Shown here: positions 12,148 through 24,133 of the stretch, piece by piece | Layout of the letters: the number at the start of each line of letters is the position of its first letter | Numbering within the stretch: position 1 is the stretch's first letter | NCBI RefSeq assembly: GCF_035594765.1 | Contig: NC_085845.1 | Location: 21,818,024 to 21,882,023, forward strand | Reading direction: 5' to 3' | From: Anolis carolinensis | Taxonomy: Eukaryota | DNA length: 64,000 bases | Position numbers and translations under genes: made by a program | Notes under the pieces: model-generated | What the model was told of the DNA's origin: nothing | Databases searched by the model: none | Seen by the model: the letters and a program-made list of their open reading frames with translations, nothing else

Positions 12148-12876
12148 AACACTTAACTGTTGTAACATAACTGTCTCTTTGGGGTTGATTGCAAGCTTTT
12201 CATGTTTTCCTTAGGAGGTTAAAACCTATTGTGTGCATGTTTTGTTGTAAGAAATGAAGCTGTGAAAACAGTCTGCATTGCAAGAAGAAGAAGCAGCAAA
12301 ATAGCTGCAATTAGTTGCAATTCTAACATTTAAAAATTGGAAATGGGAGTGGATTGAGTATGGCCTGGTTTAGAATGAATGTCTCTGAATGGGCTCAGAC
12401 AGACTATGTAATGCCCAAACTGTGGTACAAGCCAAGGCTGAAGAGATTGCCCCCATTCTCCGCATACGAATTCTGCTGTCCCTGAATTAAATCTTTCAGT
12501 TTCCAAATTTATAGCATTCCATTAATTTAAAATCTAGCTGAACATTTATAAATACAGGTTAGGCATCCAAACAAAAGTGCCAGGCAGAGTAACCACGACA
12601 GTGTGAAAAAGGCAAATATATGAAGTCTAATGGGAATGATTTTCATATTTCACTTTCTGCAGTGCTAGAAATTTGGGGACTAAAGTAAAATGTCATTTGA
12701 AAAAGTTGCATCTTCTTCCCTGCCTAATCTGCATTGACATGTATTATTCAATTGTCATGGTTGAAATGCAACCATAATAGTGCTGCTTTGTATGAAAAAT
12801 GAGAAATGCATGTTGTCAGCAAATCTATTCTTTGAAAAAAATCATCTTAGCATTCAAGGAGACAGAAAAGAAAGAA

Positions 12877-13137
12877 CAGGTTGAATATCCCTTAACTAAA
12901 ATATTTGGATTTAGGATTAAAAAAAATATCTATGTAATAATGAGATATCTTTAAGGTGCGATCCAAGTCTAAATGTTAAATTCATTGATAAGTTCTGCAC
13001 CTAGCCTGAAGAAAATTTAATACAATATTTTAAACAATTTTGTGCATGAAACAAAGTTTCTGGACATTGAACCATCAGACGGTCACCCAGGTAGGCAATT
13101 TTGGATTTTGGAGTTCTGGATAGGAGATGGTCAACTG
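12877..13137. mobile_element. Old Tigger-like MITE
   Basis: CAGGTTGAATATCCCTT ... GGAGATGGTCAACTG ends; interior similar to 45002-45331. Confidence 0.65.
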
Positions 13138-15852
13138 ATATATGGAAAATCCATCCTTCCCATATTGCCGTTGATTGAAGAGACATAGTTACCATTGCAG
13201 ATATACATCTCTGTTGACCTTATCAGTTGGAGAGAATCAGCGTCTTCTCCTTGCTTCTCTCCTCTGCTGGCACGGAGTCCCCGGGAGCCCATCACATGAT
13301 GCAGGACTACTACCAATGGGGCTCTGTGGTGGCAGGTGCAGGCAGCAGAGCCCAGAGGAGTCAGATGTACACCTGACTCCTCATGCCCAAAAGGAAGAGA
13401 AAGTAGGGACAGATGGGGAAATGTCTGCTTTGGCAAACATTCAGGGATGCTCCTAATAAACATTTGTTGTCTCTAATCCATTCCACCTTAAATGTAAGAA
13501 AACATCACTAGCCCTTTTGTTTCTGTCTGCTCCTGTCTTGACTATGATTGTGCCTTCTACTTATCCTGCTGTTACAGGAGTATAAGGCAACTACAAAACC
13601 TAATTTAATTTCCTTTTTAAATGCTGATGAGGAAATCGTTCCTAAAGAGTTCCCTGGAGGTTGAAACTGATTGCATCCATCCCTTGTAAGTAAGGATGAG
13701 ACAGAGGAAGATTAATTAAAGAGAATTGATCATGGATAAGCTTGGACAGCTGATCTGGATTTGTTTGGATCAGAGCAATTCTACAGCTTATTTCAAACCT
13801 TTGCATGCACATTGACTCCAGCACCACACACATATATAACAAATTCATGGATATCAATGTGATATTGTTATGAATTCATATTGCTTTTTTTGCTGGTCAA
13901 TGTGTAAGTGCTGAACTCAAGCTAAAACATGACCCTACCTAGAATCTTTAAATACTATCAACTGGATGTCCAAAAAGTTGATTTTCACTGCTGTTGCATG
14001 TATTCAAGTAATTTCTGGTTTTTAGTGATCCTAAAGCAAACCTACTATGAGAGTTCTTGGCAAGATTTGTTCAGAGTGACTTTGCCATTGCCTTCCTTTG
14101 TGGCTGAGAGAGTGGAACTTGCATAAGATCCTGCAGAAAAATTCCATGGCTGAATGAGAATTTGGCCACCTACATTTTCAATAGAGCATAATTGCGAATA
14201 AACACAAGGTCTCCTGAAATATATGCTAGAAAAGGTTCCCTGGAAAGTAGAATAAGTACAATGAGATAAGTATCCTGATGCAAGAAACTCTCCAATGTTT
14301 CACCAACAGGCAACTCAGCCTAGATTCTTGATCTCAAATGCCGTAAATGTGCATTCACGGATGACTAATTAAATGGTGCCAAAGATTACAAAATCTATCC
14401 TCAAACTCAGCTCTGCTTTGTGATCATTTTGGTCATGTGTATTAACTGCATCATTTAGCTGTAGAAAATCTACTCCATTGACTTCACTTCCTGTGCTATG
14501 GCAAATAGCCCATAAAGTCAAAAAGCTTTCTGTGCAATCTTGCAAATCTGCATACCTTTGTTCTCATCTTGCTGGTCTTTGCATGACCTTTGTGAAATAT
14601 ATTTATTCCAGTTTACAGAAAAAGGGACATACTCCTTGCCATCTTCCAGGCTGAAATGTATTGGGGCAAACACTTTGCTAAATACAATACTACTACATTC
14701 TTTGTATTTGCTGATAGAGTATATTGAGAATAATCAGAGAGGTTCAATTAACCCACACTATGATAGTGTGCATAAAATTGGGGAAAATTTGCTTTCCAGA
14801 TGTTGGACTGTAAATCCTAACAGCTCGACTTAGTATAGCCCAAGGAGAGGGATGATGGAAGTTAATTCGGCAACATCTGGACTGCCCCAAATTCTCCATT
14901 CTTGCATTAGTTAGTGGCATTCTGACAACAGTGTATAATGAGCAAACTGATATAGCCAATCACACCATTGGCATCTGAATTCTCGTTTCCTACATGATTC
15001 TCCTGCCTATAGCTATCACTCTTCTCTGAAAGCATCACACTTTTTTACCATCTGGTTCACATTTACTATCAAAGACCAACTTGTGAAGAGTGGGAAGGAG
15101 ATGGATAATTGGAAATAAACCATAAGAAAAGTGAATATAGCATTCCCTCCTGCTATCCCCTGTGTGCTGAAAATCGGATACTTGTTCCCTAGCAAGCCAT
15201 ACCATACATGTTTAAATGTGCTGCCCTACTATTAATTGTGTCTATTTGGGCCTCCAAAAAGTACTCTTTGGGAATGTACTAGGACAATATAACATAGTTT
15301 ATGTTACATTTGCATGTTCTATATTCTATACACAGCTTGTCCTAATATTTTTACAATCTTCGGTGCAGAAGGAAGCTTCCTCCTAACAACACTGGAGACG
15401 CAATATAATGAAAGTATAGTATGGACCTGCAATGTTGCATAGAAGGCACCTTTTTCAAATACAGTAAGACCCTTATATCTGACGGATATAGGGTCCAGAT
15501 TGTGGTTATCTGAAACTATGGATGTGAACTGAACACCATTAAATAACATAATTTCTGGTCCTGGCATACCACAGAATGCTGTTGTTGAACCTAGGAATAC
15601 CTAGAAAGGTATCCTTTCTAGGAATTTGCTTGGTCATCCAATGCAACTCTACAGTACATTCAGGGGAAAGTATACCAAAGAATTGACTGGAGGAACTAGC
15701 AAATTCCTAGAAAGATATTTTTTTCCTCAGGCAGAGATAAATGAAACTGCATAAATGGGTTCCACAGCTATGCAGGTACCACCCAGTAATGTTGGTTTAA
15801 GAACAGCTGATGCCTAAACATGACAGAAAGGAAAGTCATAAGTGTTCATCAA

Positions 15853-16270
15853 ATCACAGAATAATAGAGCTGGAATGGATCACAAGCTGCATCTAGTCCT
15901 ACCCCTTTGAATTTCACTCAAAAGAGAAAAGTAGGGTATACATAAATATAATGATAACAATAATTATAATGACAATTATTAAAACATCATTATTCTGCCT
16001 TGCTGTGCAGAAAAAAACACAAGTAATTCCTGAAAGATACCCATCCAACCTCTGTTTAAAACACTTTCCAAGGCAACCTAGTCCACCGACAAACAGCAAT
16101 TTCAGTATAAAAGGTCCTCCTTATGTTTAGATGGAATCTATTTTTGTGATTTGAATCCAATGGTTTGTGATTTAGTCTCTGGAGAAGCAGAAAACAATCT
16201 TCCTCCATCTTTTGTTTCAGATCCTTAACAATAGGTATCATACATCTTGCAGTCTTATCTGCTCAGATAG
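15853..16270 (-). mobile_element. CR1 LINE 3' fragment, interrupted by an L2-like tail
   Basis: Reverse complement of a CR1 3' UTR (aatcacagaat...) and ORF2 C-terminus remnant NRFHLNIRRTFYT. Confidence 0.7.
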
Positions 16271-16284
16271 TCTTTAAAGGGTTG

Positions 16285-16500
16285 TGATTTTCTTTGCTGC
16301 CAGTTCAGCTTCAATTTATGGCAACCCTGTGAATGACAGGCCTCCATTATTTCTTCTCATCAACAGTCTTACTCAGGTCTTGCAAGTTCTGGCCCATGGC
16401 TTTATTTATTGATCCATCTGTGATATGGGTCTTCCCTGTTTCCTAATGCATTTTATCTCACAGAGCATTACCTTCTTTTCCATTGAATCATGTCATCCGT
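16285..16500 (-). mobile_element. RTE-clade LINE 3' fragment
   Basis: Reverse complement resembles an RTE ORF2 C-terminus (gaaaagaaggtaatgct...ggaagaccc...atggat) and 3' end. Confidence 0.5.
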
Positions 16501-17200
16501 GAAGCATAATAAAGCTTGAAATGACTTAGCCACTAGATGTCATAAATGAGTCTGTTTTAACTCTGGTTTTGCTCTGAGAGCACCAATCTTGCTGATCATG
16601 TCATTTCTCTCTCATTCTCTAAAATATTTAGAAAACATTGAAACACATTTCTCAGGAATATGACAAAAATCATAAGCAGTTTGTATTCTAATGCACAATG
16701 CTCCCTTCCATCTCATGTAAACAGTTAAAACCAGTGGAGGGAGATGTTGCTATAGTTGTCTGCTTGCTTGAGCTGTTATATGCATGGACAATCCACCTTA
16801 CACCAAGAAGACCAATGCAACAAGGGTTATTCAAGGAAGGGTCAATCCTTCAATCAAAGAAGATTCTTTTCCTTTCTCCATAATTTTATATATTATAATT
16901 ATTTTTTGTAGTGGGAAGGAGAAGAGAAAAAATGTAGGAAGATGACAAGTGGAATACAACAATATTTGGACCCCACATAAAATTCCATAAATGAGCTAGG
17001 ACAATATAAACTTTGTCTGGAAGTGCTGACAGTTTCAAAAAAAATATGTAAATGGAACAGACAAGAATTCAGTGAAAGAGATCTTCATCTAAATTAAGGT
17101 GACAATCTCACGTAAGTAGAACAAACACCATGTAGGTAGAATAAAAGTGTGTTTAAAAGTTTTTCAGTTAACAATGAACTACCTGCCATGCATGTTATGT

Positions 17201-18308
17201 GGAGCATTTGGATGAAGGAGCAGTTAACAAGATAGATACTGGAGGCCGTCCAGATCCTGAACCGGTGCCTGGCTACTGTGTCGGACTGGATGAGGAAGAA
17301 CAAATTGAAGTTGAATCCCGACAAGACAGAGGTACGCCTGGTCAGTTGCAAGGCCGAACAGGGCATAGGGTTACAACCTGTGTTGGATGGGGTCACACTT
17401 CCTCTAAAGGCACAGGTTTGCAGTTTGGAAGTTCCCCTGGATTCATAGCTGAGTCTGGAACCCCAGGTTTTGGCGGTGGCCAGGGGGGCCTTCGCACAAC
17501 TCCAACTTGTGCGCCAACTGTGCCCGTACCTTGGGAAGCCTGACTTGGCCATGGTGGTCTACATTCTTGTTACATCTCATTTGGACTATTGCAACACACT
17601 CTATGTGTGGTTGCCTTTGAAGACTGTCTGGAAGCTGGAACTAGTCCAACATTCTGCAGCTAACTAACTGGAGCGCCATTCAGGGAGCATACAACTCCTC
17701 TGTTGAAGCAGCTCCACTGGTTGCCTGTTAGCTTCCAGGCACAATTCAAAGTGCTGGCTTTGGCCTACAAAACCTTAAACGGCTCTGGTCCAACTTATCT
17801 CTCAGAACGTATCTGAGAGATCTTCGAGTGATCTTCGAGTGAGGCCCTGCTCTCAGTCCCACAGCGGTCACAGGTACAGTTGGTGGAAACGAGAGACAGG
17901 GCTTTTTTGGTGGTGGCTCCACAGCTGTGGAACTCTTTGCCAAGGGAGATTAGGGAAGCCCCCTCACTCATGTCTTTGCGGAAGCAGATGAAGACCTGAC
18001 TGTGGGACCAAGCTTTTGGCCCATCCTAAGATATGAGTTGATATGTCATGATGGATTCTGTTAATTAATATTAAGTCAAACATGGACTGGCTCTGACTTT
18101 GGCTCGAAACTTCCCCTGTTGTAATGGTCACATGGTTTTAATTGTTTTAATTTGATTTGGATACCAGCTTTTATTTGTGTTTTATGTTTGGTTTTTACTA
18201 CATGTTGTATTATATGTGGCATTTAATTCTGCCACTGTGTAAGACCACTCTGGGTCCCCCTGGGGTAGAAGAGCGGTATATAAATTAAATAAACAAATAA
18301 ATAAATAC
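17201..18308 (+). mobile_element. 5'-truncated L2 LINE
   Basis: Decayed ORF2 C-terminus (WMRKNKLKLNPDKTEV; LVTSHLDYCNTLYVWLP; HWLPV) followed by a 3' UTR and (TAAA)n tail. Confidence 0.9.
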
Positions 18309-20516
18309 ATCTCTTGATCACAACCAAGCAAAACATGATAAACACATATATAATTGCACTTTATTTCTCCAAACATTGCTTTACACTTGAGATCGTTTGC
18401 AACAGTCAAAATCGATGCGATTGAACAATATTGCATTTGAGGTTATACAAACACTCTATCAAGGTGTGTATCCACCTATAAACATATGCAAGTCTACACT
18501 TATTATTGCAGGCTGAATCTCTCTTTGCCTTTGCAAATGTCTGGCAAGAGATAGTCAAGGAGTTAGATTCCAGTCATTTTAATATTATTTCCAGATTTTA
18601 GCCTGAAAGACACAATCCTCTACAGATGTCCAATTGTTTAAATGAGCTATTGCTGTAATGCAGAAGTGGGAATTGAGAATCTCTCCAGGTATGGTTGAGC
18701 AACAGTTTCTAATAGTTCTTGCCAAATATGGCTAATGGTGAGGAATGTCAGGAGTTCCAGTTCCAGTTCAACAACATTGGATGGGTTTCAGGGCTCATCT
18801 CTGCTTCAAGGAAAGGGTCCCAGCATTGGAATCCCATAGCACAATAATTGTGGGTTTCTTGCACTCCGGAGCTCCTGACAAGGGCATGATGGCATATTGA
18901 CTTGGAAAGGAAGATTGCCATATATTAGGGTGGATAACACATGATGATGATACAGTGATACCCACCTCTCTTGTGTTGAAATGTTAAGTGACTGGACTTC
19001 TTTCAATAATAGCAGAGATAACAAGAAGAACCTAAAGTAATCTGGTTTGTAATGTGTTTGCTGCCTTTTGCTTCCCAGTTTCCTTTTGCTGCTGTCAACA
19101 CATACAGCCAGATGGCATTAGCCTACTATAAAAACTGCAATTATTAGCCAATGTATGTGAGAAGACAGTTCTATTAGAATGAACTACAGATCAGAGACAG
19201 AGAGATTCTGATTAAAGAATAATGAGAAGTGGTTGAAAGAAAGCCAAAATAAGCTTGTGAATATTGACCTACAGGTGGTGAAGAAAAAGAGCATAGAAGA
19301 GAAAGGGAGAAAACCATAAAGGAATTCTTCCTAAAGACATGATCTCATGAGGCTGATAACATGCAGTAATGACAGGATAAAAACACCTTTGATGGGAGTT
19401 TATCACACAGCATTATGCCTGTCCCGTAGTTGCACTACATTCAAATCATGATTGAATCGACAGGGGGAAAACTATAAATGAATCCAATATCATGTTGCTC
19501 TGCCACTATTTGTGTGAGGGTTTCCTTCCACTTGCAGTCCCGATATTGCAAAGCAGACAAATATCTTACAAGAACACTGAAATTTCATGACTATGCAGTT
19601 CCGTAAAAATAGAAAAACAGCACATTTGTGCTGGATGGGTAGAAAGTAAGATGTCTAAAAGACTGATAGTGGGGATTCACACCACCAAAGTGCCAGCATA
19701 ACACAATATCAGTGAGGTGTAAAAGTGATCCTTCCACTTGCTTAAATGACACCATTGCAACGAGACTACAGACTGGTGTAATAATGACCTAGCTGTCACT
19801 ACTTCTCTTACCTCAACAGCTATATTGTCAACTGCATAGGTGCATGTTCTTTGCTTCCTACTTGATTGGTGTAAAGTTTAGCCCAATACTCAACCCTGTT
19901 CTAAAATGAGGTAATAGAATGAGGTAACAGAATCCTGGTACACTGAACTGACTGTACTACTTAAACTTCTGATAGGGGATACACTGCTATTTTTAGAATG
20001 TATCTTTAGAGTACTGCTTTTTTTTTTTTACAGGATAGCAGTTAGGATTACTGAAATACTTTAGGAAATGTGCCATATGAACACCATGCAGAATGTTGCT
20101 GCAATTTTTTATTTCAGCAGCCATTAATTGTTGGATATAAATATATAGTAACTTTGGCTTGTGGTTGAGAACTTATTTTTTCATGGTATTTTATGTTATT
20201 TATTCATAGGACTGTTTTCGCCCAGAACCAAATAGAATATGAGAGGCAAGTCTTCCCCCATGGGCTTCTACGCATGATTGTTGATGTTGTTGTTTTGGAA
20301 ATGAGGTACATGGCTTCTCATACCTACCAATATTTCACAGATTAAAAGTACGGGCACATGTTCCAAGCAACACGGGCAAAGTCACAAAAGTTATTAATGC
20401 AGAAGAAAGCAGAGTCAAGAAGAGAATGCAGCAATTTGCTTTTGCCTGAGTAAATTGGAAGTGGCAAGATTTCATCCACTCTGCTCCTCTCCCTCCTGCT
20501 GAGTTAACTCAATGCA

Positions 20517-20582
20517 GGGTTGTTGCCATAACGCCCAGAAAACACACAACAACCCTGTGATTCCGGCCATGAAAGCCTTCAA
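20517..20582 (+). mobile_element. Minimal Penelope-like insertion with 12-bp TSD
   Basis: GGGTTGTTG inverted piece plus ...CAACAACCCTGTGATTCCGGCCATGAAAGCCTTCAA tail. TSD TAACTCAATGCA at 20505-20516 and 20583-20594. Confidence 0.8.
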
Positions 20583-23272
20583 TAACTCAATGCAAAATTA
20601 CTTTTTCCACTAGGAATTTAGTTTGCAGCAAGTTAAATAAGCCAGAATGAAGAATGAAGTGTGAATCAGAACATTTTAAAAGCAGATAAAAATGTGACAG
20701 CAGAACATTAATTGGGACCACCTCTGCCAAATCACAACAGTTAAGAGATTTTATCTTCTCATAATGTCACCACAGCGTATGAGTTCATCATCAGCATTTT
20801 GCATCTTTTACTAAAAGATGAGAGGAATTTTTTCTCAGTCCTCTTCTTATGGTTTTCATGTCCTGCAACTACTTTTACAAAGAAGAATGGACTTGACTAT
20901 CATATGCCATTAGGATTGAGTAAACATATCTGTAATTGGGACCACAGGAATCATGTAGGTTGTAGAAAATATGTTACATGAACCAACCTTTGATTGTTTC
21001 CAGTCTCCACTATACATGATCTCTAGGAGCCCATAATAACTTTGATTCACTTTGATATTCTTTCGCAAGGCTGGAAAGATGATTCCTATATTTGAAATGT
21101 TAACCATGGGAGTGTCTTTTCTGTTTGTTTATGTTTTGGGACTCAAATCACTAAGGACTCATTTCACCCTGAATTAAAATTCTGGGTGTGGGTTCCAGCA
21201 ACAGAGGCACCAGAGTTTTCTTAACTTGGCACTCATTATTTCAATCTTTATAAAGCATTGGGATTTGACCGGCTTGGGTTCCCGATGAACACAGAAATCT
21301 GGGAGTGGCAGAGTCTGGTGTGCGTAAAGGGTATGCCTTGAATGCGGCTATCAGTACAATTCAAACCAACTGTTTTCAGTAACTCCATGTGCCTGAGGCC
21401 AGATCAATCATGAGGCAGGATTATCTCAGGTGGCAAAGTTGGGCAGAGTTTAAGAGTGGCAAATTTCATCCAGGGATCATCCAAAGTTTATTAACAAGAC
21501 TTAATGGCCCACACAGTAAACAACATCTAATAAACAGGCCAAGTGGGCAAATATTTACTCATTGTGTTTGGTGAGGCTTATTCTCAAGCGAATGAACAAT
21601 GACCATGGACGTGTACACATAGCTGTCAATATCTCACAGGTGAATGCCAAAATGACCTCTTAAATTATATAACTTTATTTAAACCTAGCTATATAGAAGA
21701 GGTGCTAAGAAACTATTGTACTGAGTTGTGAAGGGATATAAAGTACATTGGCAAGAATACCCAATATGCATTGTGTATCTGCATTGCACATCTATACAAA
21801 TTGGGCACTTTGCCAGCTCTCTGCTGGAGAAAGATATTATTCAACTGTGCAATTCTAACTCCTGCAGATGTAAGTGAACCTATGAAGATATAAAGCTGAA
21901 ACAGGATTTTTTGGGGAGGGGGTCATGAAACATATGGTTAAGGTGTATTAGAGTGTGATCAAGATGGCAAAAAGCACACAAGCCAGGAAAGGCTGCAGTG
22001 GTTTGTTTTGGCTACTGGCAAATGCAAGACCGTTGTGGATGCATTGGCCTCTGTGGCACCAGCTGCATGAGACAGGCCTATGGATTAAGCAAGGAATAAA
22101 CAAAAAGTTAATTATGAGTCAAATAGAAACAAGAGAAGGCTAGGAAGACTAAGAGACTAGCTGCACTATGTCAATCATTCTAAAAATTCTTTCCAAGTTA
22201 ACAAAGCTGCCATAAAATTGTAAGATAAACAATGCAGTCATAGTTCATTTGTTACTGCTGTGACCTCTTTCTTTCCAAACAGGAGCTGTGTCAATCATCA
22301 GGATGGTCCTCCCCCAAATCTTATAATCCAGGTACGATGTTATTGTTTCTACCTCGCATGGTTTCAAGGACTCTTTTTTGTTAGTGAGGATGAACTACTG
22401 TTCCAGATCTTGCAAATCAGCTTTCTGTTAGGAAAGGTCAGTTGTGAAGGGCATAGCTTCTGTTTTGTTTATAGTTCATTTTTAGTAGGTACATTTACTC
22501 TTTCCAAAGGTCTCTATGGGGAAAATGGCCTACAACCTTTTCTTCATTACAGTCTACGTCTCTATTAGCAGCTTAGCTGCATTTCTGCTTCACATGGACA
22601 ATTTCACTTATGGTTTGAATAAAACAAATATATAACTCATATGTCAAACTTACTTCACACAAATGTCTATGCAAAAGAGACCAAAGCCAGTTCTCATGAA
22701 AGCCAACATTTGCTTATCAGTTATAAAGTGGTGCATTTTTTCCAGAATTTCACTAAAAATCTAAATATTAAATTTATTAATCAGTTTCCATTCATAAATT
22801 TTAATTCTAGGTTTTAAAAAATAGAGAAATATTAAGTATTGTCTAGGAGGTACCTAAAATATCTGGCTGGTTGCTTTCTTAATCTTTCTGGGTTCTTCAT
22901 TATGAACCAAATAATCATAGAACCTGAATACAGTAATCAACCTTCATTAGGCAAGACAAAGCAGATTTGATTTTGCATGTCCACGTTAAAACCCATATCT
23001 TAAAAACAAGAGAAGGTTACCATATTAGGCTACTTCAGAGACATGATTTGATTCTGTTTGTCTGGGGACTTTTTATTAACTACTTACTTGAGACATAATT
23101 TACGCTATTGGTCAGAGTGACTATGCTCACATAAAGTGACAGTGGCAGCAGAATGAGGTGTAGAATAATAGAGGAAAGAACATAAAACAAATATTTCTGT
23201 GTTAGAACTAAGAGCTGCTGTCTCGGGTTGTGACCTGCACAGAATATAGTCAGGTAGCTTTATTTGACATAA

Positions 23273-23545
23273 GAGAAGCCTCCCAGCAGGATGGTAACAT
23301 GTCCGGGCATCTTCTGGACAACATCTCTGTAGACCAGTGGCTCACAACCTTTGGGCCTCCAGGTGTTTTGGACTTCAATTCCCAGAAATCCCAGTAAGCT
23401 TACAAGCTCTTAGGAACTGTGAGAGCTGAAGTCCAAAACACCTAGAGGCCTAAAGGTTGGGAACCACTGCTGTAGACAGCCAATTTTCTCACACCAGAAG
23501 CAACTTGCAGTATGTTTTCAAATCACTTCTGACACTAAAAAAAAC
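23273..23545 (+). mobile_element. SINE 3' part (Anolis SINE2-like) interrupted by a hAT MITE
   Basis: Ends in ccagaagcaacttgcag...aatcacttctgacact followed by A8. Confidence 0.55.
23335..23469. mobile_element. hAT MITE, 135 bp
   Basis: TIR CAGTGGCTCACAACCTTT / AAAGGTTGGGAACCACTG, perfect 8-bp TSD CTGTAGAC, palindromic interior. Confidence 0.92.
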
Positions 23546-23630
23546 CTCACAACGAAAACGGTTTTGTTGCTTTCATTCTGCATCTCTACACACTCCTTCT
23601 GTAAGTATCTTATACTACTGGTGCAAGTTA

Positions 23631-23953
23631 CAGTAGAGTCTCACTTATCCAACATAAACGGGCCGGCAGAATGTTGGATAAGCGAATATGTTGGATAATA
23701 AGGAGGGATTAAGGAAAAGCCTATTAAACATCAAATTAGGTTATGATTTTACAAATTAAGCACCAAAACAACATGTTATACAACAAATTTGACAGAAAAA
23801 GTAGTTCAATACGCAGTAATGCTATGTAGTAATTACTGTATTTATAAATTTAGTGCCAAAATATCACAATGTATTGAAAACATTGACTACAAAAATGCAT
23901 TGGATAATCCAGAACATTGGATAAGCGAGTGTTGGATAAGTGAGACTCTACTG
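23631..23953. mobile_element. Tc1/mariner MITE, 323 bp
   Basis: TIR CAGTAGAGTCTCACTTATCCAAC at both ends with TA TSD. Close inverted copy at 42317-42639. Confidence 0.93.
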
Positions 23954-24033
23954 TACTAACAAATTCTTTGTGATCACATTTCCTACTATGAACCTGTGCG
24001 ATTACTGGGCTACAATTACTGGGTTTGGTCCCC

Positions 24034-24086
24034 ATGTGAGCCACCCCGAGTCTCTTCGGGGAGATGGGGCGGGATACAAGAATAAA

Positions 24087-24132
<46 letters not shown>
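24034..24132 (+). mobile_element. L2-type 3' tail with (ATT)n
   Basis: tgtgagccaccccgagtctcttcggggagatggggcgggatac followed by (TTA)n. Confidence 0.75.

Positions 24133-24133
<1 letters not shown>

Noticed and set aside
18722-18731. Isolated CArG boxes (18722, 31758)
   Set aside because: Single motifs at about background frequency; 18722 appears to lie in decayed repeat sequence.
20988-21085. Minus-strand exon-like segment (IIFPALRKNIKVNQSYYGLLEIMYSGDWKQSK)
   Set aside because: Weak acceptor, no recognisable homology, and the nearest candidate partner exon (~22353-22424) has stops in all three frames.
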